Shown: positions 32,386 through 43,062, counted from the first letter of the stretch. The stretch is DNA of 64,000 nucleotides from an uncultured delta proteobacterium (GCA_963769935.1 CAVYNY010000038.1:1-64000); one strand, 5' to 3'. Numbers and translations are program-made. The notes: generated by a model from the sequence alone, not told the origin.

Positions 32386-33354
32386 TTATATACGATGTTT
32401 ACGAATATTTTCCAAAAAATATGAAATTCCGAATTTGCGCTGAGTGATTAGATCAATCAAACCCTTGGGTGTAAAAACAATGGCCAAAATGACCACCGTT
32501 CCAAAAAACAGGGTATGCGCCACAAGGAAATAATTCGAAAGTGTCTCTGATATTATTTCTATACTGAAAGCACCGATCAAAGGTCCAAACAACTTTCCCA
32601 TTCCGCCGAATACGGCCATCACGATCATTTTTACGGTGGTTTCAACGCTGAATGCCGGACCGGGTTTGAGAAACGCTTGTTGATAGGCATAAATACTGCC
32701 GGCAAGCCCTGTGAAGAGACCGCTTAGGGCAAAAGCGATGGTTTTGGACAACGTTGTATTGATTCCCACTGAATTTGCCGCATCTTCGTCTTCCCGGATG
32801 GCAATCAGTGCATAACCCAATTTGGCATTCAGGATGAGATGGGTTGCAAGCAGGGTTAGAACAAGGGTACCCAGCATCATATAGAAAAATAAATAATATT
32901 GGCCCTGGATGGATAAGTCGAGCATGGGCAGATAGATGCCGGAATTGCCTTCCGTGATTTCAAGATTTTGCACCAGGGCCTTCATGGCCTCGGCCACGCC
33001 TAACGTTGCAATGGCAAAATAGTGGCCCCGCAGACGTAAAACAGGAAGTCCGATGAGAACGGCGAACAATGCCGAACCGCAGCCGGCCGCCAGATAGGCG
33101 ACCGCAAAATGCGTTCCGGCCTTTTCCATCAAAACCGCTGTAATATAACCCCCTATTCCAAAAAAAACGACATTGCCGAACGAGGCGTATCCCGTGTAAC
33201 CGCCGATGATGTTCCAGGCGCTGGCCATAATGGCAAACATCAGGATATCGGTTCCGAATCGGATGATAAAATTATTGCTGACCAGAGGAAACAGAACGAC
33301 GATCAGTAAAATGAAGCCGCAGATTGAAAATTTTTGTAATGTTTTCGTCTTCAT
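32386..33354 (-). CDS. livM: HAAT ABC transporter permease (LivM-like)
   Basis: LRLRGHYFAIATL, AIREDEDAA; start placed at ATG 33354. Confidence 0.9.
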   Translation of the reverse strand: MKTKTLQKFSICGFILLIVVLFPLVSNNFIIRFGTDILMFAIMASAWNIIGGYTGYASFGNVVFFGIGGYITAVLMEKAGTHFAVAYLAAGCGSALFAVLIGLPVLRLRGHYFAIATLGVAEAMKALVQNLEITEGNSGIYLPMLDLSIQGQYYLFFYMMLGTLVLTLLATHLILNAKLGYALIAIREDEDAANSVGINTTLSKTIAFALSGLFTGLAGSIYAYQQAFLKPGPAFSVETTVKMIVMAVFGGMGKLFGPLIGAFSIEIISETLSNYFLVAHTLFFGTVVILAIVFTPKGLIDLITQRKFGISYFLENIRKHRI

Positions 33355-33356
33355 AT

Positions 33357-34217
33357 TCAGTCTGCCCCTCCGAGAATCCCTTTCGGCCGGGTAATCAAGA
33401 CCAGTACCAGAATCGTAAAACTGATCAGATTTCCATAAGTCGATCCAAACCAGTCGGTGCCGAAGGCTTCGGCAAGGCCTAAAGCCAGACCTCCGATGAT
33501 CGGGCCGAGCATGCTGCCCAACCCGCCGATAATAACGACCACAAACGATTTGAGGGTGAGTTCTCCACCCATCATCGGACTGATCGGAAAAAGGATCGAC
33601 CAAAGGGTTCCGGCAGCACCTGCGGCCCCGACGCCCAGCCCGAAGGTTACTGCGTAAGTCTTGGCGACATCCACCCCGACGAGACGTGCGCCATCAAGAT
33701 CCTGAGACGTTGCCCGTATCGAACGGCCCAGATTGGTTCGGTTCAAAATGAGAAAAAACGCCAGACTGATGACAACGACCAGAAGGAAAGCCAGCAGGCG
33801 AATTGTTGGAATTGTAACCCAGTTTCCCAAGGAAAAGTTTGCGGCCCCGTAAGCAACCTTTACTTTGCGAACATCGGCAGTCCAAGAGACCAGGGCCGCA
33901 TTATTGATGAAAATTTCAATGCCAAAAGCAAGAATCAGGGTTATAAATGCGCTGGCCCGAATGACATAATTTATTAAGAATCTTTGCACCCCGTATCCAA
34001 GGACAAAAAGAATCGCCATGGAAAAAACCAGGCTCACAAAAGGGTCCATTCCCAAAAACGAAAAGAGCCAGTAAGTGGTAAAAGCACCGAGCATGATAAA
34101 GGACCCATGGGCGATGTTGATGATGCCCATCACGCCCCATATCAGAGACATTCCCATGGCCATCAAGGCATAGAGACCACCCTTGAGAATACCGTTTACA
34201 AGTATTTGAAGCAGCAT
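33357..34217 (-). CDS. livH: HAAT ABC transporter permease (LivH-like)
   Basis: YALMAMGMSLIWGV..INIAHG, GGLGS. Confidence 0.9.
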   Translation of the reverse strand: MLLQILVNGILKGGLYALMAMGMSLIWGVMGIINIAHGSFIMLGAFTTYWLFSFLGMDPFVSLVFSMAILFVLGYGVQRFLINYVIRASAFITLILAFGIEIFINNAALVSWTADVRKVKVAYGAANFSLGNWVTIPTIRLLAFLLVVVISLAFFLILNRTNLGRSIRATSQDLDGARLVGVDVAKTYAVTFGLGVGAAGAAGTLWSILFPISPMMGGELTLKSFVVVIIGGLGSMLGPIIGGLALGLAEAFGTDWFGSTYGNLISFTILVLVLITRPKGILGGAD

Positions 34218-34413
34218 TGATAAAAATCCTTCAACAGGGTATTTCCAGCTGCAAGAAATCCGGCGGGATCTTCTCTGAACTGTTCATCCCGGCGTTAAAA
34301 CGTGTCGGATATCTCCCTGTAAACCCTAACACGCACGTTTCGTTTGAAATGGGGAGGAATATGGATTCCTCCCCTCCATCAACTTGTTTAATCCGCCGGA
34401 CAGGTCCCCGGAC

Positions 34414-35631
34414 TTATTTTCTCATTTTCCAGTTTGGAAAAGGATAAACGGGTTTTTTAACACCATTGGGATAAACCTGGTATACTTCACCGCCTAAAAT
34501 CTGCAATACGACGCTGGTCCCCTTGATCTGACCGTTATCGCTGAATTCCACGCGTCCATAAATCGTTTCTAAATTTGTTGCTGCAACGGCGGCTCTCACT
34601 TTTTCTCTATCCAGTGATCCTGCCTGTTCGATGGCGTTCTTGTAGACGGCAACATCGGCAATACCGGAAGCATTGTGATAATCCGGATCATAATTAAATT
34701 TTGCTTTAAACAGCTTGATAAACTCTTGCGTGTCTGCAAAGAGGTATCCTTTAAAGTTCATTTGGGTGGACCAACTGGCAACGCCATATATAAAGTCCGC
34801 ATCTTTGCCGAGAGATTTTCGAAAATCGGCTTCCGAGGGGCCGACTGTCATGGCGATGAGTTTCGGAGTGACGTCGAGTTCTTTGGCTTGCTGAGTAAAA
34901 TTAAGCGATTCTTCGGTGTGGCCGGCCACCAAGGCAACGTCTGCTTTCAGCGACTTTATTTTGGTAAGGATGGAGTTAAAATCCGTGGCACGTTCGGCAT
35001 ATTTTTCAAATAAAATTATATCAAATCCCATCTCTTTGGCCAATTTGTCGGTCCCCTCGGCAACGCTCACATCAAATTTGTCATCTGAATATAAAATTGC
35101 GATTGTTTTGGGCGCCGGGCTAAATGTTTTCAGCATCTCCAGGGTGGATTTAAAGTACTGGCCGGCCGGCGGAAGGGTCCCGAAAATATATTTGTTTCCC
35201 CGGTTGAATATATTACCGGAAGCGCCGCCGCCTTCAATCATGGGGACTTTGTAGCGCTGGGCAACAAGTCCGTCCGGGATGGTAATACCGCTGGAATAGG
35301 GGCCTAGGAGGAAATCAACCTTATCTTCGGCGATGAGCTTCTCAACAAGTTTGGAGCTTTCGGTTGGATCGCTTTTATCGTCATAGTAAACAATTTGCAA
35401 CTGGTAGGTATCGTTACCGGCCTTGACCCCGCCGTTCTTGTTGATCTGCTCGACCGCCATGTCATAGGAGTCTCGATAAAGCTTTCCGGTCCGACTTTCT
35501 GCGCCTGTAAAGGATATGGCGCATCCCAGCTTTATCACTTTTTCGCCGGCTGCCTGGGCAAAATGTCCGAGACTCAGAACCAGGGCGACCGTCAAAACAC
35601 CATAGAAGAAATTTTTCAGTAATCTGTTCAC
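34414..35631 (-). CDS. HAAT ABC transporter substrate-binding protein
   Basis: Signal peptide; INKNGGV, YDDKSDP, LLGPYSSG; GTG start at 35631 after GAAGGGGG. Confidence 0.88.
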   Translation of the reverse strand: MNRLLKNFFYGVLTVALVLSLGHFAQAAGEKVIKLGCAISFTGAESRTGKLYRDSYDMAVEQINKNGGVKAGNDTYQLQIVYYDDKSDPTESSKLVEKLIAEDKVDFLLGPYSSGITIPDGLVAQRYKVPMIEGGGASGNIFNRGNKYIFGTLPPAGQYFKSTLEMLKTFSPAPKTIAILYSDDKFDVSVAEGTDKLAKEMGFDIILFEKYAERATDFNSILTKIKSLKADVALVAGHTEESLNFTQQAKELDVTPKLIAMTVGPSEADFRKSLGKDADFIYGVASWSTQMNFKGYLFADTQEFIKLFKAKFNYDPDYHNASGIADVAVYKNAIEQAGSLDREKVRAAVAATNLETIYGRVEFSDNGQIKGTSVVLQILGGEVYQVYPNGVKKPVYPFPNWKMRK

Positions 35632-35682
35632 AATAGCACCCCCTTCTAATATGAAGTTAGAATATAAGTTTAAGAACATATA

Positions 35683-35712
35683 CCATTCCATGAATTACTA
35701 TTCATGGTATGG
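35683..35712. promoter_or_regulatory. Palindromic operator overlapping the putative transporter promoter
   Basis: CCATTCCATGAAT-TACT-ATTCATGGTATGG beside a minus-strand TTGACA (35715-35720). Confidence 0.55.
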
Positions 35713-35946
35713 CCTGTCAACAGGCAAATTCCGCTTAAAGGTAAATAAAGATGGGACATCGCTTTTTGACTGATTGTTCTCTCAGACACCCTGATAACTG
35801 CAGCGGCCCTCCCCGTCAGCGGCATCATCGATTTTTAAGACTTCTTGAGCAGCTTAGTTTCAGCTCGACCTAACCGGTTAGTTCTGGTAATTTATAGTCC
35901 ATATAAATCTAAAATATATTCATTTGTGCGAAAAATATCCAAAATA

Positions 35947-35968
35947 GCTATATCAAGGTTGACATAAC
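35947..35968. promoter_or_regulatory. ModE-type operator 1
   Basis: GCTATATC-AAGGTT-GACATAAC upstream of porin-modA. Confidence 0.75.
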
Positions 35969-36133
35969 TCAAAAGTTATTGTTGTATGCCATTTCAAAAA
36001 AAATTTTCTCCCGTCAGCTTTTTACGTGACCGGTTATTCATAAGAAACCGCCTTTGATTCATCTTTATTTATCTACAAATAGTCAGTGAGCGTTCTAAAA
36101 ACTATTAACGACAAACAGAGGGAGGAGAGCGGC

Positions 36134-37423
36134 ATGAAATGGGGAAAAAATTTTTGGTATCCGGTATTGGCAGTAATGTTGATGGTAACCGTTTACGCCA
36201 CGGCAGTGAGGGCCGATCAGACCGACAAACTGATAAAAATCCTCATTGATAAAGGCATTATTACGAGCGAGGAAGCAAAATCTCTGGAAAAGGAGGTCAA
36301 GGGGGAGGCATCAGAAAAGGAGGCCAAGAAAGAGGCACCCGCCGCTGAGGACTGGACCAAGAAGATCGAGGTCGGCTATAAAAAAGGCGCCTATATCAAA
36401 ACCCCCGATGACCGCTACTCTCTGAAGCTAAACGTTCGAACCCAGGGCCTGTTCAGGTATGAGAACCAGGAAGATGCAAAGGACACGGCAAGCTTTAGTG
36501 TCAAACGCGCCCGGCTTCTGGCAGGGGGCAACATGTTTTACCCCTGGATGCAATATTTCACCCAGGTTACTCTGGAAGGCAGCAGCGCGGCATTGCGGGA
36601 TGCCTACATCGAGGCCGCTTATTATGACTGGGCCAAACCGAGAATCGGGCAGTATAAAGTGCCCTTTGACCGGGAATTCCTCACTTCGGCGTTTAATCTC
36701 GAACTTATCGATCGGTCCATCGCCAGCAGTGCGTTTTCCCTGCAGCGGGACATCGGCGTCCAGGTTTCAGGGAATATCCTGCAAAATCAGTTAGCCTACG
36801 CTGTGGGAATGTTCAACGGCAGTGGGGCGAATCAGGTTAATCAGGATCAGAATTTCATGTATGTAGGGCGCATCGTCTATACCCCTTTTGGTTCTTTTCC
36901 CTATTCGGAGGGGGCGCTGGACACGCCGGCCACCCCGAAGCTGGCCGTCGGTGCGGCCGGCGCGTATCTGCCCGGCCTGGAACCGGGCGAGAGGAAAACA
37001 CTGGCGGGCCCTTTGGGCAATACCAATATAGTCCCCGTGAATAGCGATGTATATGAACTGACGGCGGATCTGACTTTCAAGTATCTAAATTTCTTTTTCG
37101 AAGGCGGCTACTATTTCCGCAATATCGATCCGGAAAAGTCTACTCCTTATGGCAGTGAAAACGCCCAGGGGTTCTTCCTTCAAGGGGGGTATTTTTTGGT
37201 TCCGAAAAAATTTGAACTGGCCGGCCGTTATTCCTGGGTGAACCCGAATAATCCCGACCAGACCAACGACAACGAGCAGCAGGAGTATACGGGCGGGTTA
37301 AGCTACTATATTGACGGGCACAATTTAAAGCTCCAGGCCAACTATTCATATTTCGACAACGAAACCACGACCGGTAATCAAGACGACCAGGTGGTGCAGG
37401 GCATGATGACTTTGGCCTTCTAA
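36134..37423 (+). CDS. OprO/OprP-like anion-selective porin
   Basis: Signal peptide, LIDKGIIT N-terminal helix, RIGQYKVPF, terminal Phe. Confidence 0.8.
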   Translation: MKWGKNFWYPVLAVMLMVTVYATAVRADQTDKLIKILIDKGIITSEEAKSLEKEVKGEASEKEAKKEAPAAEDWTKKIEVGYKKGAYIKTPDDRYSLKLNVRTQGLFRYENQEDAKDTASFSVKRARLLAGGNMFYPWMQYFTQVTLEGSSAALRDAYIEAAYYDWAKPRIGQYKVPFDREFLTSAFNLELIDRSIASSAFSLQRDIGVQVSGNILQNQLAYAVGMFNGSGANQVNQDQNFMYVGRIVYTPFGSFPYSEGALDTPATPKLAVGAAGAYLPGLEPGERKTLAGPLGNTNIVPVNSDVYELTADLTFKYLNFFFEGGYYFRNIDPEKSTPYGSENAQGFFLQGGYFLVPKKFELAGRYSWVNPNNPDQTNDNEQQEYTGGLSYYIDGHNLKLQANYSYFDNETTTGNQDDQVVQGMMTLAF

Positions 37424-37465
37424 AAAGTAACAAAACTTTTTAGCGAAGGTAAAAAGGAGATAATT

Positions 37466-38278
37466 ATGAAAATCTATCGAAACTTAGTGGTCTTGGTTGC
37501 GCTTCTTGCCCTTTCAATGCCTTTGTCCGTATCAGCCGATTCATTAACGCTTTACGCTGCAGGAAGTTTGAAGGCAGCCCTCGGCGATGTGGCGGCTTCC
37601 TATGAAAAAATCTATAAGACGAAAGTGACCACAAAATTCGGCCCGAGCGGCCTTTTGAGAAAGTCCATTGAAGGCGGTGAAAATCCCGATGTTTTTGCTT
37701 CTGCGAATATGGCTCACCCCGAAAAACTCGCATCCGGCGGATGGGGAAGCCCGGTAGTGTTGTTTGCCCGCAATCAGCTTTGTGCATTGGCTCAGCCTGA
37801 TGTTGAGGTAACAGCCGACAATCTTTTAAATTCCCTTATGGATAAGAACGTCCGGCTGGGAACTTCTACACCAAAAGCAGATCCAAGCGGCGACTATGCC
37901 TGGGAACTCTTTCGAAAGGCAGATACGATAAAGAAGGGGAGCTTTGCGACGCTTTCCGGTAAGGCGCTTCAGCTCACTGGTGGACCGGACAGTGAGAAAG
38001 CTCCCGCAGGACGCAACCAATACGGATGGGTAATGGGCGAGAAGAAGGCAGACGTCTTCCTTACCTACTGCACCAATGCCGTATTGGCTCGAAAAGAAGT
38101 GCCAATCCTTAAGATCGTCAGGATACCTGAAGCGCTTTCGGTAGGGGCCGACTACGGCCTTTTAGTAAGGGATAAAGCGCCGAAGGAGGCCTGGCGGCTG
38201 GCGATGTATATTTTGTCACCCGAGGGCCAAAAGATACTCAAAGAATATGGTTTTGAAGCTACCGCAATTCCAAAATAA
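37466..38278 (+). CDS. modA: Molybdate-binding periplasmic protein
   Basis: YAAGSL, FGPSGLL, DVFASAN, PKADPSGDYA. Confidence 0.88.
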   Translation: MKIYRNLVVLVALLALSMPLSVSADSLTLYAAGSLKAALGDVAASYEKIYKTKVTTKFGPSGLLRKSIEGGENPDVFASANMAHPEKLASGGWGSPVVLFARNQLCALAQPDVEVTADNLLNSLMDKNVRLGTSTPKADPSGDYAWELFRKADTIKKGSFATLSGKALQLTGGPDSEKAPAGRNQYGWVMGEKKADVFLTYCTNAVLARKEVPILKIVRIPEALSVGADYGLLVRDKAPKEAWRLAMYILSPEGQKILKEYGFEATAIPK

Positions 38279-39453
38279 TGATGGATCACCCAGTGCAGCT
38301 CACCTATTTAGACAATGCAGCGACGACGTTCCCGAAGCCTCGGGAAGTGTTGCGGCAAATGACGGAAATCTATTCCCGGCTGGGGGTGTCTCCAGGCCGG
38401 GGAGGCTACGATTTGGCGGTGGAGGCATCCGAATTCGTCGAACAAACCAGGCGCAAAGTGGCGAATTTCTTCGGTGCATCCGACCCGCAGCGCGTCATCT
38501 TCACCGCCAATGCCACCGACGCACTGAACCTGGTGATTCAGGGCGTTTTGCAGCCCGGCGACCATGCGATCGCAACCCGGCTGGAACACAACTCCGTATT
38601 GCGCCCGCTGGATCATCTGCGGCAGCGTGGATTGCTCGAATACGATCTCGTGCCATTCAACGCCGGTGGATTCATCGATCCGGACGATGTAATCGCCAGG
38701 GTGCGATCCGACACCCGGCTGGTCATCATCACCCACGCGTCCAATGTTCTCGGCACCGTTCAGCCGGTCGCGGAAACCGCGCGGTTGTGCGCGCAACGCG
38801 GCGTCCCCGTGGTTATTGACGCCGCTCAGAGCGCCGGCAAGATCCCGATCGACATGCAGCGCTGGGGCATCGCGGCCGTGGCCTTTACGGGCCATAAATC
38901 GCTCTGCGGCCCCTCCGGAATCGGGGGGTTAGTTGCGGCGGACGGATTCGACATCCGGACGACCCGGTTCGGCGGCACCGGAATCGAGTCGCGCAGCTTG
39001 ACCCACACGCAAAGCTATCCCCACCGGCTGGAAGCGGGTACCATCAACCTGCTGGGGATTGCCGGTTTGTCAGCCGGGCTGGATTTCATCCTGGCTGAGG
39101 ACCTGGACGCAGTCCACCAAAGGGGGATGGCGCTGTTGACGCGGCTTCGCAACGGTCTGGCGCAACTGCCGGATATGGATCTGTACTGCGCCGAGAATCT
39201 CGATCATCACATGGCGGTCCTGACCGTCAATGTCAAAGGCATGGATCCTGAAGACGTGGGCGCCATTCTGGACGGGGACTTTAATATCGCCGTCCGCACC
39301 GGCCTTCACTGCGCGCCCCTGGTTCACGAAGACTTGAATACCAGCCCCCGCGGGGGCGTCCGCTTCAGCCTCGGCCGCTTCAACACGGATGAGGACATCG
39401 ACTGGGCCCTGGCAGCCATGGGTAAAATCGCCCACCGCCATAGAGGAGCATAA
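38278..39453 (+). CDS. Class V aminotransferase / cysteine desulfurase-family protein
   Basis: YLDNAATT, EHNSV, DAAQSAG, TGHK, RTGLHCAP. Confidence 0.9.
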   Translation: MMDHPVQLTYLDNAATTFPKPREVLRQMTEIYSRLGVSPGRGGYDLAVEASEFVEQTRRKVANFFGASDPQRVIFTANATDALNLVIQGVLQPGDHAIATRLEHNSVLRPLDHLRQRGLLEYDLVPFNAGGFIDPDDVIARVRSDTRLVIITHASNVLGTVQPVAETARLCAQRGVPVVIDAAQSAGKIPIDMQRWGIAAVAFTGHKSLCGPSGIGGLVAADGFDIRTTRFGGTGIESRSLTHTQSYPHRLEAGTINLLGIAGLSAGLDFILAEDLDAVHQRGMALLTRLRNGLAQLPDMDLYCAENLDHHMAVLTVNVKGMDPEDVGAILDGDFNIAVRTGLHCAPLVHEDLNTSPRGGVRFSLGRFNTDEDIDWALAAMGKIAHRHRGA

Positions 39454-39479
39454 ACTGAATGGACGGCTGCAGATTTTTT

Positions 39480-39815
39480 ATGGATCTGATGTTTTCGCTG
39501 GATGCGGCCTTTCTTGCCGGGCAGAGCTTCGGCGCCCGGCATCCGGATAGTTGGGGGGAGCGGTTTTTTCAGGAACTCTCCTTGAACCACCCGGAATGGG
39601 TGGGCCAAAAGCTCCCGATCTACATGAAGGCCTCCGAGATTATTCACTATTTTGCATTTTTTGAGCGAGCCGATGAAATGGTTCCGGCATTCTATGAAAA
39701 ACCGGAAGCGCTGCTGCAGATGGTGCTGATGCTATTGCGCCATGGCGGGAACAGTCTGTTGGCGGAGGATGCCAGGGAACAGGGCATGGCCGGCAATCAT
39801 GGAAAAGCAGCTTGA
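39480..39815 (+). CDS. Hypothetical protein
   Basis: Co-oriented ORF after the desulfurase; no family recognised; start may be 39459. Confidence 0.5.
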   Translation: MDLMFSLDAAFLAGQSFGARHPDSWGERFFQELSLNHPEWVGQKLPIYMKASEIIHYFAFFERADEMVPAFYEKPEALLQMVLMLLRHGGNSLLAEDAREQGMAGNHGKAA

Positions 39816-39859
39816 AAGAGTAAAAAATCCTGGCCCGGAGACTCAGGCTTTGACTTCAC

Positions 39860-39977
39860 CCCAGCTTCCGGCTCGCAGAGCCTGCAGCTCGGAGAGAGGG
39901 GTGGTGCTTGAAGTCACATAACCCATGGGATATTGGAATAGCGGCCTCCGGCTCGTAGAGCCTACGGATCGGGGAGA
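39860..39977. repeat. 46-bp dispersed repeat, copy 2, plus a degenerate third unit
   Basis: Matches 25991..26036; TCCGGCTCGTAGAGCCTACG variant at 39947. Confidence 0.75.
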
Positions 39978-40024
39978 AAAGTGGAATATTGAAGTCGTGG
40001 AGTAATGGAAAAGGAGGAGCGAGC

Positions 40025-42682
40025 ATGAAAAGTGTGAAATTGAAAATTAACGGGCTTCAGCATCAGTTTATCGTCGAGGACGACCGCGTCCTCCTGGATC
40101 TCCTGCGGAAAAATCTGAGGCTTACCGGCGCCAAGCAGTCCTGCGACCGCAAGGGTCAATGCGGCGCATGCACGGTCATCGTAAACGGGAAAGCATCCCG
40201 GTCGTGCCTCCTGAAGGTCGGGAGCCTCGATGGCGCGGAGATCATCACCGTAGAGGGGCTGGGAACCCCTCGGAACCCCCATCTGATCCAGGAAGCCTTT
40301 GTCTTGGCGGGAGCGATTCAATGCGGGTATTGCACCCCGGGGTTCATTATGGCAGCCAAAGCGCTGTTGGACGAAAACCCCGACCCCGGCCGGGACGAGA
40401 TTAAACAGGCTTTACAGCGCAATCTCTGCCGCTGCACCGGCTACACCCGGATCATTGAGGCCGTCGAGCTGGCTGCGCGCTTCCTGCGCGGTGAGGCCCG
40501 CCCGGAAGATCTGAAGCCCGCCACTGCCGAAAGTCAAATCGGCGTATCCCATCCTCGGCCATGGTCTCTGCTCAAGGCCTGCGGGCAGGCCGATTTCACA
40601 GCCGACATCTCCGTCCCGGACGCCCTTGAGCTGGCGGTCGTCCGCAGCCCGCACCACCATGCTAGGATAAAGCATATTGACTTCTCGGAGGCTGAAAAGA
40701 TGCCAGGAGTTGTCGGGATCATTACGGCCAGGGACATCCGCGGCACAAATTCCGTGGGAGTCGCCGTCAAAGACCAGCCGCTTTTGTGCGATGACCTGGC
40801 GCCCGTACTCGGCTCTCCGGTGGCGATCGTGGCCGCTGAAACCAGGAAGCAGGCCCTCGCGGCGGTTCAGGGTGTGCGGGTCGACTACGAGGTGTTGCCG
40901 CGCGTCGCCACCCCGGAGGCCGCGCTGGCCGAAGGCTCCCCGGAAATCCATCCCGGCACGCCCAACCTCTGCCACTCCCGACGCCAGGTCAGAGGCGATG
41001 CCGGGACAGCCCTGAAGGACTCGGCGGCCGTGGTTGCAGCGGAGTTTTATTCGCAGCTCATCCATCAGGCGCCGCTCGAGCCGGAGGCTGCGGTCGCGTA
41101 CCTGGAAGGCCGGGGCGAGGATGCGCAGCTGGTGGTCATTGGCCGGTCCATCTGGATCCACTATCACGTGGAAGTGCTTCAGGACGCCCTCGGGTGGGGG
41201 AACATCCGCTATGAGGAGGCGTTTGCCGGGGGCCAATTCGGCATCAAAGTCGATATTACCTCCGAAGCCATTGCCGGAGCGGCGGCGCTGCACTTTCAAA
41301 GGCCGGTCCGCTACATCCCCAGCCTGACCGAATCGATGTGGATGACGACCAAGCGGCACCCTTTCCGGATGAAAGTGCGGCTGGGCTCCGACGCGGACGG
41401 CCGATTGATGGGGTATGACATTGACCTCGTTGTGGAGAACGGCGCCTATATGTCGATCGGCCCGGAGGTGGTCAGCCGAGCGCTGGGAATGCTCAGCGGC
41501 GGCTACCACATCCCGAACGTGTCCGCCGACGCGAAACTGGTGTATACCAACAATGCCTGGGGTGGAGCCGCCCGCGGCGCCGGACCGCCGCAGGTGAACT
41601 TTGCCCTGGAGTCGGCGATGGATCTGCTGGCCGCTGAACTGAAAATGGATCCTTACGAATTTAGACGGATCAATGCCCTGCAGCCGGGACAGTCCATGTC
41701 CACCGGCCATGTGGCTGAGGAATGGGCATTCGGAAATTGCCTGGCCAAGATCGGACCGATTTATAAGCGCGCCCGCGAGGAAGCCGCAGCCTACAAGTCC
41801 GGACCGGTTCGGCGGGGCGTGGGTCTGGCAGGCTCCAGCTTCGGCGTAGGCGATCCCGGCGACACATCCCATGTCGCCGTTGAGCTCGAGCCGGAAGGTG
41901 TCCTCGCCGTCTACGCCTCGGTGGCGGATCCCGGTGAGGGCAATGACGCCATGCTGACGCAGCTCGCATCGCATGTCATGGGCATCCCCCCCGAAAAAGT
42001 CCGGCTGGTGACCCGCAACACGGAGCAAACCCCCAATTCGGGGATTTCCGCCGGATCGAGGCAGACCTACATGTCCGGCAAGGCAATGGTGAGCGCCATT
42101 GAACTTCTGAAAGACGCTATGCAGGAGTCCGGCGCCAAAACCCGGGAAGATCTTTTGGCGCGGGGGAAGCCGACTCGCTACCTGGCGATGCATGTCCTGC
42201 CGCACACGGGCATGGATATGGAAACCGGCCAGGGCGAAGTCTGGGAGTCCCGCTGCCACGGCGTGCAAATGGCGGAAGTCGAAGTCAACCTGGAAAGCGG
42301 GGCGGTTAAAATCTTGAAGATGACGGCCGTGGTCGACCCGGGAACAATCATCAATCCGCTGGCTGTGATCTGCCAGCTGGAAGGCGGCATGGACATGGGA
42401 GCGGGCATGGCCCTGCGGGAGGAATATGTTCACGGAGAGACCGTCGACTGGGTAACGTATCGGTTTCCCACGATGAAGACCGCTTTCGAAATGGAAACCA
42501 TCCTGCTCGAGTCGCCCAGGAAGGGCGGACCCCTGGGGGCCACCGGGGTGGGTGAATTCACCCTCGTCCCGACCCATCCGGCCATCATCAATGCCATCGC
42601 AGACGCGGCTGGAGTCAGGATCTATGACCTGCCGGCAACCCCCGAGAAGATTCTGGCCGCGCTGAATGGCACCGCCGCTTGA
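40025..42682 (+). CDS. Mop-like molybdenum hydroxylase (2x[2Fe-2S] + Moco domains), paralogue A
   Basis: GQCGAC, QCGYCTPG, NLCRCTGY, GGQFG, ARGAGPPQ, GVGE. Confidence 0.92.
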   Translation: MKSVKLKINGLQHQFIVEDDRVLLDLLRKNLRLTGAKQSCDRKGQCGACTVIVNGKASRSCLLKVGSLDGAEIITVEGLGTPRNPHLIQEAFVLAGAIQCGYCTPGFIMAAKALLDENPDPGRDEIKQALQRNLCRCTGYTRIIEAVELAARFLRGEARPEDLKPATAESQIGVSHPRPWSLLKACGQADFTADISVPDALELAVVRSPHHHARIKHIDFSEAEKMPGVVGIITARDIRGTNSVGVAVKDQPLLCDDLAPVLGSPVAIVAAETRKQALAAVQGVRVDYEVLPRVATPEAALAEGSPEIHPGTPNLCHSRRQVRGDAGTALKDSAAVVAAEFYSQLIHQAPLEPEAAVAYLEGRGEDAQLVVIGRSIWIHYHVEVLQDALGWGNIRYEEAFAGGQFGIKVDITSEAIAGAAALHFQRPVRYIPSLTESMWMTTKRHPFRMKVRLGSDADGRLMGYDIDLVVENGAYMSIGPEVVSRALGMLSGGYHIPNVSADAKLVYTNNAWGGAARGAGPPQVNFALESAMDLLAAELKMDPYEFRRINALQPGQSMSTGHVAEEWAFGNCLAKIGPIYKRAREEAAAYKSGPVRRGVGLAGSSFGVGDPGDTSHVAVELEPEGVLAVYASVADPGEGNDAMLTQLASHVMGIPPEKVRLVTRNTEQTPNSGISAGSRQTYMSGKAMVSAIELLKDAMQESGAKTREDLLARGKPTRYLAMHVLPHTGMDMETGQGEVWESRCHGVQMAEVEVNLESGAVKILKMTAVVDPGTIINPLAVICQLEGGMDMGAGMALREEYVHGETVDWVTYRFPTMKTAFEMETILLESPRKGGPLGATGVGEFTLVPTHPAIINAIADAAGVRIYDLPATPEKILAALNGTAA

Positions 42683-43062
42683 CCGATGGGATCTTAATTG
42701 TGCGCAAGCAGGACCATGTCACGGATCACGGCGGGACGCCAAGGGCGGACGCCGCCCTAAAGATCGTCCTGGATGGGGAAGGGTTTTTGAAAAACCCTTC
42801 CCTTTGGTCGGAGGATGTAGCAGCGGCTATGGCCGGGGAAGCAGGGATCCAGCTCCTGAGCGCGGCGCAGTGGAAAGTCCTGCGATTCATCCGGGCTTAC
42901 TACACCGAGCAAGGCAAGGCACCGCTTAATTATCACATCAAAGCAGCAACGGGCATGCGCCTTCAGGAAATCGAAGCCCTGTTCCCGGGCGGGATTTCCA
43001 ACGGTGCAAAACGGCTGGCGGGTTTGCCCAGATCCAGGGGATGCACCGCCGGCTCAGGGTGA
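42679..43062 (+). CDS. TusE/DsrC-family sulfur carrier, single Cys
   Basis: DGEGFL...W, QWKVLRFIRAYY, LFP, RLAGLPRSRGC; overlaps the oxidoreductase stop. Confidence 0.85.
   Translation: MTDGILIVRKQDHVTDHGGTPRADAALKIVLDGEGFLKNPSLWSEDVAAAMAGEAGIQLLSAAQWKVLRFIRAYYTEQGKAPLNYHIKAATGMRLQEIEALFPGGISNGAKRLAGLPRSRGCTAGSG

Noticed and set aside
36011..36032. CGTGACCG as a tungstate-regulator (TunR-like) site
   Set aside because: Only one good half-site and no properly spaced partner
40412..42577. Long antisense ORFs (721 aa here; also 17508..18506, 43498..45057, 51760..52959, 53283..54995)
   Set aside because: Shadow frames opposite well-supported genes; no recognisable motifs
43040..43062. Selenocysteine readthrough at TGA stops of the TusE-like and C-GCAxxG-C-C genes
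   Set aside because: Proteins look complete; no convincing downstream coding or SECIS hairpin
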